64,000 nucleotides of DNA, from the NCBI GenBank assembly GCA_965223855.1, contig CBDCXM010000009.1:2816001-2880000 (forward strand), read 5' to 3'. Below the pieces are notes generated by a model. It did no database searches. It was not told the DNA's origin and saw nothing but the letters and a program-made list of their open reading frames with translations. This document shows positions 50,696-59,457 of this stretch, in pieces; the first letter of the stretch is position 1; each line of letters starts with the position of its first letter. Origin of the DNA: Candidatus Multivoradales bacterium (lineage in GTDB: Bacteria > Acidobacteriota > Thermoanaerobaculia > Multivoradales > JAHEKO01). A program made the translations under genes and the position numbers.

Positions 50696-52294
50696 TCAGG
50701 GCACGGTTGCCGACCACGCCGCAGTGTCGCCGCTCTCGAAACCGTCGGCGAACACCAGCGGATCGCCGCCGATCTCGACGCATTCGCTCGCCGGCCCGAA
50801 GCACGACGGTCCGGAAGCCCCGATCGGAATCACGACGTACCCGTACCGTCGCCCTTCGAGGACCTCGGGATCGCTGAAGGCGGTGGCGCTCGTCGCACCG
50901 ATGAGGATCCTGCCGAGGTCGCACCCGAGAGGCCCGTCGGTGCGGTAGACCGAGTACGAGGCGGCTCCCGCGACGCCGGTCCAGGCGAGGTCGATGGCCC
51001 CCGCATTCGTGGAGGCCGTCAGGGCCGGAGCCTCGGCGGGTCCGCCGAGGCAGCCGCCGTCGATGACCACCGGCCCGCCGTTCGCCGGCGTACAGCCGAT
51101 CTCGTGGCGGTCGAAAGCGGCGGCGATGGCGCTCATGTTGGGAGTGCCGTTGGCGAGGTTGCCGTCGTCGTCGTCAGCCGCCAGCAACTGAAGATACGCC
51201 TGGCCGGCGCCGCAGCCGGCCGCCCCGGGCGGAGGACCGGCGAGATCGAACCAGCCGGAAGCGTTGCCGCCGCCGACATAGGTGAGGCGCGTCGTGACTT
51301 CCTGCGCGGTCCCCGAGTCGAAGCCACGCTCCGCACCAAGATCGCGAACGTAGAGGTCCCAGATCGCCTCGGAGTAGGCGGCGCCGACGCACTGCACGGT
51401 GCCGCCGCAGTTCGCGCGCACCCAGGTCAACGTGTGCGGCGAACCGGAGACCCGGTCCTCCCAGTCGATCGTCCGAATCCCGTCGCAGGTGACGCACGGA
51501 TCCCCGTAGCCGCTGCAGGTCGAGCCGGACAGCAGGAGCCCGCGGCCGATGCAGGCGTCGGCCAACCGCAGGGCGGAGTAGACGTCGGCGATCCCTTCAC
51601 CGCCCCCCTGGCCCGAAGTCACGATCGCACCGCTGGCGTCGTTCTGGTCCATCCCGTGGCCCCACTCGTGGTCGAGCACGCTCGCGATCTGCCCGGGGTT
51701 GGCACACGGCCCCATCTCCTGTGAGGTGCGCACCCGGGTACCGTCCCAGAAGGCGAAGCAGCTCGCGATGTCGAGATTGACCTCGGCCTCCACCTGCCCG
51801 CCGAGCCAGCCGTTCGCGGGCAGGTAGCCCCGCGCCTGCTGAGCGATCCTGTTGAGCTCGTAGAAGGCGGTTCGGGAGGCCGCGGTGTTCCCCGGCGAGG
51901 CCCCGGCCGGGATGTCGCAATCGACGTCTCCGTCGCTGCCGCCCAGAGCAATGTCGCCGTCACCTCCCTCGCTCAGGGCGCCGCACTGGTCCGTGATCGT
52001 CACATGGCGACCGGAGAGCGTCGTCGTCCTCGTGCCGGTCGCGGTGAAGCCGCCGCTGCTGTCGGTGAAGCTGCCGTCGCCGAGGTCCGCGTACGGCATC
52101 GGCGCCTCGAGATCCATGACCCCGCCGGGAGCGGCTCCGCCGTAGGTCAGCGGGTAGACCCCCCCGGTGAGGCTGCGAGCCATCCCCTCGCCCTGCGCAC
52201 CGCCTCCCGCGGGCGCGCTCGCTCGCGCCCCGCTGTCCGGCATTGCAGCGAGGGCGTACAGCAGGCCCGCCAGCAGCGCTCCCGCGGGCATCAC
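50696..52294 (-). CDS. Secreted gluzincin-type metallopeptidase (M4/M36-like) with FnIII-like domain and C-terminal FADGFESGD motif
   Basis: Signal peptide; 'CFAFWDG','DHEWGHGMD','GEGIADVY'; FnIII-like 'IDLAWTGVAGAASYSVYR'; ends 'VFADGFESGDTAAWSATVP'. Confidence 0.78.
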   Translation of the reverse strand: MMPAGALLAGLLYALAAMPDSGARASAPAGGGAQGEGMARSLTGGVYPLTYGGAAPGGVMDLEAPMPYADLGDGSFTDSSGGFTATGTRTTTLSGRHVTITDQCGALSEGGDGDIALGGSDGDVDCDIPAGASPGNTAASRTAFYELNRIAQQARGYLPANGWLGGQVEAEVNLDIASCFAFWDGTRVRTSQEMGPCANPGQIASVLDHEWGHGMDQNDASGAIVTSGQGGGEGIADVYSALRLADACIGRGLLLSGSTCSGYGDPCVTCDGIRTIDWEDRVSGSPHTLTWVRANCGGTVQCVGAAYSEAIWDLYVRDLGAERGFDSGTAQEVTTRLTYVGGGNASGWFDLAGPPPGAAGCGAGQAYLQLLAADDDDGNLANGTPNMSAIAAAFDRHEIGCTPANGGPVVIDGGCLGGPAEAPALTASTNAGAIDLAWTGVAGAASYSVYRTDGPLGCDLGRILIGATSATAFSDPEVLEGRRYGYVVIPIGASGPSCFGPASECVEIGGDPLVFADGFESGDTAAWSATVP

Positions 52295-52298
52295 GCCA

Positions 52299-52736
52299 TC
52301 AGCCGGAGTGCGAGATCAGGGCGCCGAGAATCGCTCCACCGATCGCCCCGTTGATCATCGCCGCACCGCCCTGGCACCACGCCAGGTAGTACGGGAAGTC
52401 GGCGATCACGATCGGGTCGTAGAGATTGCCGAATGTGGCGACCAGCCCCATCAGTACACCGAAGACGATGCCGCCGACCGGCCCGGCCGCCCACGCGCCA
52501 CGGGTGCGATGAAACAGGTAGGCGAGCAGCAGGTAGGTCGCGAGCGAGATGGCGAGAAACGAAAACGGGCTCGACTGGGTCTGAGAGAAGACCGTGTCCA
52601 GCCGGGCGTAGGTATCTCCGAGCATCATGCCGTGGAGCACGAAGTCGACGAGCCAGCCGACGATACCGGCGACGATGCCGGCGATCGCCCAGCGCCCGGT
52701 CGAGGCACTACTGTTGACGGGAGTGGGGAAGGGCAT
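52299..52736 (-). CDS. Small 4-TM membrane protein
   Basis: Four hydrophobic segments; SD GAAAGGAG; TAGACT -10-like box upstream at about 52816-52821. Confidence 0.75.
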   Translation of the reverse strand: MPFPTPVNSSASTGRWAIAGIVAGIVGWLVDFVLHGMMLGDTYARLDTVFSQTQSSPFSFLAISLATYLLLAYLFHRTRGAWAAGPVGGIVFGVLMGLVATFGNLYDPIVIADFPYYLAWCQGGAAMINGAIGGAILGALISHSG

Positions 52737-52871
52737 TGAGCGTCTCCTTTCCGAGCGCCACGGACAGGCCCCCTGCCGGGCAGCTTCGAGGATGGGAAGG
52801 ATTGTGAGTGACCGGAGTCTAGCGCGTGGAGACCCTGTCGCCGGGTCATCGTTCCTCGCCCGTCCGCCCGG

Positions 52872-53575
52872 TCAGGGCAGCGCCAGCCCCGAGAGCTTGA
52901 ACCATCGCCCCTCACGGAACGCCGGTCCCAACTCCCCCTGGGCCGACAGCGCACTGTGGAAGGAGATTCCGGCCACCCCCTCGCTCTGCACCCAGCGGGT
53001 CAGCCCCTGATAGAAGCTCACCGGATAGGTCCAGTCGTCGGAGAAGTAGAACGACACCAGTGGAGCCGAGCCCGTGAGGGCAGTGGCGTCCTGAATTGCC
53101 TGGACCCAGTACGGGCTCGTGCTGGGGACCCAGTAGTCCCCGAGCATGACCAGCAGCAGGTGATCCGACAGCGCCGCCAGATCTGCGAGATTCTGGTGCC
53201 CGAGCTCGCCGGACGCGAGGTTGACCGGTGTACTTGTTCTCGCGTGCCGAGCGGAGAGACGGCCGACCGACTGTGGTGATCCCCGGTCTTTCCTGCCTGG
53301 CCTCGGTGAAGAGAGTCTGCGCAAGCTGGGTGATCTGAGCTTCCGGCCAATCCTGGGGTGACGTCGGGCAGCTCGAGTGGCCCACGGTGTCGTCCGACGG
53401 ATAGGACGGAAGCTGTGAAAAGTAGTGATGCGTCAGGAGGATCCCGTCGATCGGATGGGAAGCGGCCAACTCGGTCATTCGTGCGGAGATCTCGGAGCGG
53501 TACTGCGGGACGCACGGCGAGATGAAGAGATTGGGATGGGAGCTGCCTCCGTTAGTCGGTCTTGCCCATGCAACC
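52872..53575 (-). pseudogene. Frameshifted C-terminal part of the GHL10-like glycosidase domain of the 55538 gene
   Basis: 'NLFISPCVPQYRSEISARMTELAASHPIDGILL' in one frame, then 'SAVSPLGT' and 'GHQNLADLAALSDHLLLVML..GVAGISFH' in others; indels near 53550-53570 and 53225-53275. Confidence 0.65.
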
Positions 53576-55538
53576 GCTGCGTCCACTCGGGGTGCTCGGA
53601 ACCGGTCTGACGGTCTGCAAGGGTCGAGAAGGCCGCCCATACCTCCAGCCCGGAGTTGTGTGCCGCGGCGACCAGCGGCCCGAGAGCGTCGCCACGGAAG
53701 CGGGAAGCCTCCGCGGTCGGGTAGTAGAGGAAGCCCCGAGCCGACTTGACGGTCAGAATCAGCGTGTCGAACCCGGCCTCCAGCGAGCGCTCGACCACGA
53801 AGTCCGCCCCGTGCTCGAGGACGTCCGATGGGTTGAGAAAGACCGCCTTGGTCCCCATCAGCGCCGCCCCTCCCTGCTGCCGGATGGCCTGCACTCGGGG
53901 GTGGACGTCGTGCGCGAACGAGGGCGGCGGAGCGTTGTTCGTGGGCGGCTGCGTGGGGCTGTCGTAGTAGAAGGGGTTCTGCGTGAGGTCGCTGCCGAAG
54001 CCCCGGTGGTTCTCCATGTTGACCCAGCCGGAGCCGGCGAACCAGACCGCCCCCGACGGTGACGAGGGAATGCCGAGCGCGCGCAGATAGAGACTCATGG
54101 GCCAGCGGGGGAAGCCGCTGGTGAACCCGAAGTGCTGCGCCAGCTCGGCGATGTTGCCTCCCCCGAATCCCTCGAACTGGGACTGTCCGCTGGTGTAGAG
54201 GACGTCGTTCTGCCATCGATCGATCACCCAGGTGAAGATCGACTGTGCCGCGGCCTGCCGATCCGTCGCGCCACCTACGATCTCTCTCGCCTGGAGGAAC
54301 GCCTCGGGGCGATGCGCCGGCATGGCGTAGTAGGAGCGAGAGCGGTTGGCCTGCTGGAGGCTGGCGGAGGTAGAGGTCAGCACCGACGTGTACTCGGAGA
54401 GTGCATCGGGCGCCGTCCAGCCTCCCAGGCCCTGAGGGGCGATGATCGACTTGTCGAGTCTCTCCGGCCACTCGTCGAAGAACTCCAGAGCCCGCACCAG
54501 GGAAGCCGCGTAGTAGAGCGCTTCGGGGAAGCGAACGGCGTGTCCGTCCACCTGGAAGGTGTCGGGAGCGGCGCCGCTATCCGGCAGCTGCGCGGCCAGC
54601 TCGCCGAGGACCGAGGGGTACTGGTCGCTGGTCCATGGAGTGAGCTGAAACTCGGGGACGAGCGTGATCGTCGGGTAGGGCGAAGCCGGGTCCGCAGCCG
54701 AACCTGCTCGCACCGTCGCCGTCGTGCCGGCCGGTGTTCGAAGGTGCTCGATCGCTGCGAACAGAAACTGTGCCGAGCTCAGCGAGAATCCGCCGACCTC
54801 CACCTCGGACGGCAGCCGCCGATGCGTTTCCAGGAAGGCCGCCAGATCTGCCGCTGCCGCCATCAGCTCCCCGCGCTCGAGGCGGATTTCGGGTCGCCGG
54901 ATGGGAACCACCGGCGAGCTGCCGTTGGTGACCCCCAGCGCCGCCTCGCCCTCGCTGGCGCCGCCCTCGGAGGCGAGGCCGAGGAAGAAGGTGCTCTGGC
55001 CCGGACACAACGCCGGCCGGAAGCCGACGACGAGATGGGCCCCGGCTCGCAGTGCACCCCCCAGGCCGACGGTCCCGATCCCTCCGCCGGTCACGACGAA
55101 GAGATCCTCCTTCGCTCCGTCGCCGTCGAAGTCGAGAGGGACGTGCGGCCCGACGTTGCGCAGGACGAGGTTGTTGATGCAGGCGGGGGCTTCGAGCGGA
55201 TCCTGATCGAGGCCGCTCAGATCCACCCGGTACAGGTAGGCGGTGAGGCCCTGGCCCGTCGTCCCCCGCTGACCGGGCGGCCAGACTCTGCTCTGCACGA
55301 ATCCCTGTCCCGACGTCCCCATCAGCGCGAGCGGCGAGGTCGAATCGGAGACGGTGACCCGGCAGTCCACATCGAAGACGCAATTGATCGCCGGCGCCGA
55401 TACCTCGACGATGTCGAGACCCGCGAGAGGCAGGGCGGCCAGGACACCGGCGACGACCCAGAGTGCGGCCGGACGCCCCGTGCCGGGGAGGCTCTTTGTG
55501 TCTGCCGCCGGTGTGCGCAAGGGTGCGAATCCGAACAT
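53475..55538 (-). CDS. Secreted multidomain protein: Cys-containing N-domain, two pseudomurein-binding-repeat-like units, a transglutaminase-like fold and a GHL10-like glycosyl hydrolase (frameshifted; true end probably 52872)
   Basis: SD GAGGAG and ATG 55538; signal-like segment; 'AAADLAAFLETHRRLPSEVEVGGFSLSSAQFLF', 'GAAPDTFQVDGHAVRFPEALYYAASLV'; 'AAAQSIFTWV...LRALGIPS'; 'AGFDTLILTVK..GFLYYP..DALGPLVAAAHNSGLEVWAAF'. Confidence 0.72.
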   Translation of the reverse strand: MFGFAPLRTPAADTKSLPGTGRPAALWVVAGVLAALPLAGLDIVEVSAPAINCVFDVDCRVTVSDSTSPLALMGTSGQGFVQSRVWPPGQRGTTGQGLTAYLYRVDLSGLDQDPLEAPACINNLVLRNVGPHVPLDFDGDGAKEDLFVVTGGGIGTVGLGGALRAGAHLVVGFRPALCPGQSTFFLGLASEGGASEGEAALGVTNGSSPVVPIRRPEIRLERGELMAAAADLAAFLETHRRLPSEVEVGGFSLSSAQFLFAAIEHLRTPAGTTATVRAGSAADPASPYPTITLVPEFQLTPWTSDQYPSVLGELAAQLPDSGAAPDTFQVDGHAVRFPEALYYAASLVRALEFFDEWPERLDKSIIAPQGLGGWTAPDALSEYTSVLTSTSASLQQANRSRSYYAMPAHRPEAFLQAREIVGGATDRQAAAQSIFTWVIDRWQNDVLYTSGQSQFEGFGGGNIAELAQHFGFTSGFPRWPMSLYLRALGIPSSPSGAVWFAGSGWVNMENHRGFGSDLTQNPFYYDSPTQPPTNNAPPPSFAHDVHPRVQAIRQQGGAALMGTKAVFLNPSDVLEHGADFVVERSLEAGFDTLILTVKSARGFLYYPTAEASRFRGDALGPLVAAAHNSGLEVWAAFSTLADRQTGSEHPEWTQRLHGQDRLTEAAPIPISSSRRASRSTAPRSPHE

Positions 55539-55639
55539 GGTGTCTTCTCCTCTCGGGTAGGTGTTCCTGCTCGCCGCGCGAGCCCACACTCGCGCGGCAG
55601 AGGGCCTCGGACCAGGTTCAGGGCCAGGACGTTGCGTCT

Positions 55640-56212
55640 CTAGGCCGAACTCTCGAACCGCAGAATCTCGATCTCGTAGAGGCTCCAGTCGGGGCACTCG
55701 ATCCGCAGCAGGCCGAGACCGCCGTCGCCCGAGTCGAAGTCGAGGAAGAGCTCGTCGAAGCCGCCCGAGATCTGGAAGTCCTGGTGTGCCAGGCCGGTAC
55801 CGAGGGTGACCGCGCGGACGTCGAAGGTGACGGAACTCGGCGCGCCGACGGAGATGCGCGCCAGGTAGCTGCTGTCGGGCTCCAGACCATGGAGCCAGGC
55901 ATCGGCGCGACCGGTAGGCTGCCCGGCCTCCGGCACGAAGCCGATGTTCGGGCCGTCCGGAAACACGCTGCGTGGATTGAGCAGATCGAGGTAGCCCCGG
56001 TCCTCGACCCAGGGCACCTGAGCCGAGAGGACGACGTGCGTCGTCAGTTCGATGTGGTGGTTGGTCGGCACGATCCGGGCGTCGACCAGAGCCGACAGGA
56101 ATGCCGCTTTGTCCAGTCTGGTGAACGTCCGGGGTTCGATCCGTTGCGCGTTCCCCTTGCGATCGAGAACGCCGGCGATTCGGGACGGCCTGCTGCCCTT
56201 CCTGCTCATCAC
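55640..56212 (-). CDS. Hypothetical protein (beta-rich, ~190 aa)
   Basis: Fills the gap between RND and the 55538 gene with SD GAAGGGAG; protein-like composition. Confidence 0.6.
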   Translation of the reverse strand: MMSRKGSRPSRIAGVLDRKGNAQRIEPRTFTRLDKAAFLSALVDARIVPTNHHIELTTHVVLSAQVPWVEDRGYLDLLNPRSVFPDGPNIGFVPEAGQPTGRADAWLHGLEPDSSYLARISVGAPSSVTFDVRAVTLGTGLAHQDFQISGGFDELFLDFDSGDGGLGLLRIECPDWSLYEIEILRFESSA

Positions 56213-56345
56213 TCACTCCCTTCTGGGAGCGATCGGCTCCCGGCTGGACCACGTCTTCACGGGCGCGCGAGCGCGCCACCTCGTTACCGAGCTGCCGACG
56301 GTGTCCTCGCGGATCCTACGTCGATCCGGGAGTCGGGGGGGAGTT

Positions 56346-59300
56346 CTAGGCGGTGGCGCGCCGGTCGGGCTCACCCTCGGACCACTGCCGGCGGGACGCC
56401 TTGTAGCGCGCGATCCACGACGAGAGCGTCGTGTACGTCGTCGGAATCAGCAGCAGGGTCACCAGGGTCGAGGCCAGCAGGCCGCCGATCACCACCCGCG
56501 CCAGCGCCGCCTGGATCTCGCCGCCGACGCCGAAGCCGATCGCCAGCGGGCACAGCCCCAGCACGGTGGTGGCGGTCGTCATGAGAATCGGCCGCAAACG
56601 CAGGCGGCACGCCTCGATCACCGCATCGACCGCCCCCATCCGCTTCTCGCGCCGCAGCAGGTTGATGGCATCGACCAGCACGATCGCGTTGTTGACGACG
56701 ATGCCGATCAGCATCACCAGCCCCATGACGCTCTGGATGTTGAGGGTCGTGCCGGTGAGGAGGAGCGTCGGCACGACGCCGATGAGCGCCACCGGCACCG
56801 CGAGCATCACGATCAGCGGGTCAAGGAAGCGCTCGAACTGCGCCGCCATCACCATGTACACCAGCACCAGTGCCATGAGGATGGCGATCGCGAAGTCGCG
56901 CTGCGCCTTGAGCTGCTCTTCGTACTGGCCGCCGTAGAGCACCGTGAAGCCGCCCGGCAGCTCGAGATCAGCGAGCGCGCTCTGGACGTCGACCACCGCG
57001 TCTCCCAGCGCTACGCCGCTCTCGAGATTGGCGGTGATGTAGGTCACCCGCTGGCCGTTGACGCGGTTGATCTCGACCGGCCCGCGGCCGCGCTCACGCA
57101 GGACCAGGTTCGACAGCGCGATCGGCTCGCCGCCCGCCGAGCGCACGGTGACTCCGTCGAGATCACTCGCGGTCAGCCGGTGGTCGCGCTGGAGGCGCAC
57201 CGTGATCGGGTATTCGTAGCCGCCCTCGCGGAACCGCCCCGCCTCGAGACCGGCGACGTTGGCCAGAAGCGTGCGCCCGACTTCGCGCACCGAGAGCCCC
57301 ACTTCGGCGATCCGCTCACGGTCGAGCAGCAGTCGCTCCTCCGGACGTCCCTCACGGCGGCTCGATCGCACGTCGGTGACGCCCGGCACCGCCTGCATCC
57401 GCCGCCGCGCCTCCTCGACGATCGCATCGGCGCGTTCGAGGTCGTAGCCGCGCAGCTCGATCTCGATCGCATCGCTACCGCCGCCCGAGCTGAACACCCG
57501 GTTGAGCATCCACAGGCCCTGCTGCGCCTCGACGTCGAGCACCCCACCCGGAACCCGCCCGTCGACCTCGGAGCGCACCAGGTCGGCGAGCTCGGCGGCG
57601 CGCATCGTCCGCTCCTGCTGCGGCGCGAGCTTCAACTCGACCGCGGCGTTGTCGCCCCGGATCTCGGTGGAGAAGAGGCGCACGTCCGCGGCCGGCACGA
57701 CCGCTCGCACCCGGTCCTCGAGCTCGTCGGTGTAGGCACGCGCCACGGCGATGTTGGTGCCGCGCGCCAGCTCCAGCTGGATGTCGATCTCGTCGGCGTC
57801 GGTCTGCGGGGCGAGCTCGACGGGAATCAGCGGCCACGCCAGCAGCGAGAAGGCGAGCATCAGCCCCGTGACACCGAAGACCAGCTTGCGCCGCTGGATC
57901 GCGGTGCGCAGCCGCGCCGTGTACCAAGCCTCGACGCGGCGCTGGATCTTCCACTGTGCCGTCGCTTCGAGCTCCTTGCGGCTCGGCAGCCGCAGGAAGC
58001 GCGACGCCAGCATCGGCACCAGGGTCAGCGCGACGAACAGTGCGCACAGAAGGGCGAACACGACCACCAGGGCGAGCGCCTGGAAGAGCGCACCGGTAGT
58101 GGTGCGGACGAACACCACCGGCAGGAAGATGACGCAGGTGGTCAGCGTCGAAGCGACGATCGCTCCCGCGACGTCACGGGTGCCGAGTCGCGCCGCCTCG
58201 TGGGCCGACAGGTCCTCCTCCTCGCGCTTGCGCACGATGCTCTCGAGCACCACGATGGCGCTGTCGACGATCAGTCCGACGCCCAGCGCGAGGCCACCGA
58301 AGGTCATCTGATTGAGCGTCATGCCGCCGAAGTAGAGGAGGGCGAAGGTCGCGATCACCGAGATCGGGATCGCCATCGTGATGATGGAGGTGCTCGAGCG
58401 ATTGCGCAGGAACAGATAGAGCACCACCACCGCGAGCAGCGAGCCCCACAGCGCGGAGTTCTGGACGTTCGAGATCGACTGCTGGATGAACTCGCTCTGA
58501 TCGACGACGACCGTCAGCTCGATGTCGTCGCGCTCGGCGTTGATGCGCTCCGCTTCGCGCCGCACGGCGCGGGCCACCTCCACGGTGTTGCCGCCGCTCT
58601 GTTTCTGGATGCCGAGGCTGATCGCCGGCACGCCGTTCATCTCGACGAGATAGCGAGCGTCCTCGAAGCCGTCGCGCACCGCTCCCAGGTCGCCGACCCG
58701 GATCGGCCTTCCGCCGGGCGTCGCGACGACGGTGCGCTCGATCTCCGAGAGCGTCCGGTACTCGCCGAGACTGCGCACATACAGGTCGTCGAGACCGTTC
58801 TTGACCGTGCCGGTGGGTAGGGTGACGTTCTCGCTGCGCAGCGCCGCCTCGACGTCGAGCGCGGTCAGGCCGGCGGCCCGCAGTCGCTCGCGATCGAGCT
58901 CGACTCGGACCTCGCGGTAGACGCCGCCTCGCAGGTCGATGGCGCCGACGCCGGGGATCTGCTCGAAGCGCTGCGCCAGATCGTCCTCGAGCAGCCGGGT
59001 CGCCTCTTCGAGCTCGAGCGTCGAGGTGACGGCCAGACTCACGACCTCGATGCGGTCGAGGTCGAGCTTGAAGACCCGCGGCGTGTCGGCCTCGAGCGGC
59101 AGCTCGTCGCGGATCTGGTCGAGCGCCGAGCGCAGATCGTTGGCCGCTTCGTCGATGTCGGTACCGCGCGCGAACTCGAGGCGCACCCGCGACTCACCCT
59201 CCTCGGAGCGCGAGGTCACCCGCTCGAGGTTGGGGAGGCCGGCGACCGCGTTCTCGACCGGGTCGGTGATGATCTGCTCGATCTCCTCGGGTCCGACGTT

Positions 59301-59456
59301 GGGATAGTTCACCCGCACCGTGAGCTGGGTGAACTCGACCTGCGGCAGCAGATCGATCGGCAGGCTGCGGAACGAGACGATCCCGAGGATGAGCAGGATC
59401 AGGTACACCATCGTCGTGGCGACGGGGCGGCGGATCGAGACTTCGGTCAGCGGCAT
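56346..59456 (-). CDS. RND efflux permease (AcrB/AcrD/AcrF family)
   Basis: 'SIRRPV','LPIDLLP','GLIVDSAIVVLE','ASTLTT..IFLP','GIVVNNAIVLVD','RLRPILMTT'. Confidence 0.95.
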   Translation of the reverse strand: MPLTEVSIRRPVATTMVYLILLILGIVSFRSLPIDLLPQVEFTQLTVRVNYPNVGPEEIEQIITDPVENAVAGLPNLERVTSRSEEGESRVRLEFARGTDIDEAANDLRSALDQIRDELPLEADTPRVFKLDLDRIEVVSLAVTSTLELEEATRLLEDDLAQRFEQIPGVGAIDLRGGVYREVRVELDRERLRAAGLTALDVEAALRSENVTLPTGTVKNGLDDLYVRSLGEYRTLSEIERTVVATPGGRPIRVGDLGAVRDGFEDARYLVEMNGVPAISLGIQKQSGGNTVEVARAVRREAERINAERDDIELTVVVDQSEFIQQSISNVQNSALWGSLLAVVVLYLFLRNRSSTSIITMAIPISVIATFALLYFGGMTLNQMTFGGLALGVGLIVDSAIVVLESIVRKREEEDLSAHEAARLGTRDVAGAIVASTLTTCVIFLPVVFVRTTTGALFQALALVVVFALLCALFVALTLVPMLASRFLRLPSRKELEATAQWKIQRRVEAWYTARLRTAIQRRKLVFGVTGLMLAFSLLAWPLIPVELAPQTDADEIDIQLELARGTNIAVARAYTDELEDRVRAVVPAADVRLFSTEIRGDNAAVELKLAPQQERTMRAAELADLVRSEVDGRVPGGVLDVEAQQGLWMLNRVFSSGGGSDAIEIELRGYDLERADAIVEEARRRMQAVPGVTDVRSSRREGRPEERLLLDRERIAEVGLSVREVGRTLLANVAGLEAGRFREGGYEYPITVRLQRDHRLTASDLDGVTVRSAGGEPIALSNLVLRERGRGPVEINRVNGQRVTYITANLESGVALGDAVVDVQSALADLELPGGFTVLYGGQYEEQLKAQRDFAIAILMALVLVYMVMAAQFERFLDPLIVMLAVPVALIGVVPTLLLTGTTLNIQSVMGLVMLIGIVVNNAIVLVDAINLLRREKRMGAVDAVIEACRLRLRPILMTTATTVLGLCPLAIGFGVGGEIQAALARVVIGGLLASTLVTLLLIPTTYTTLSSWIARYKASRRQWSEGEPDRRATA

Positions 59457-59457
59457 G

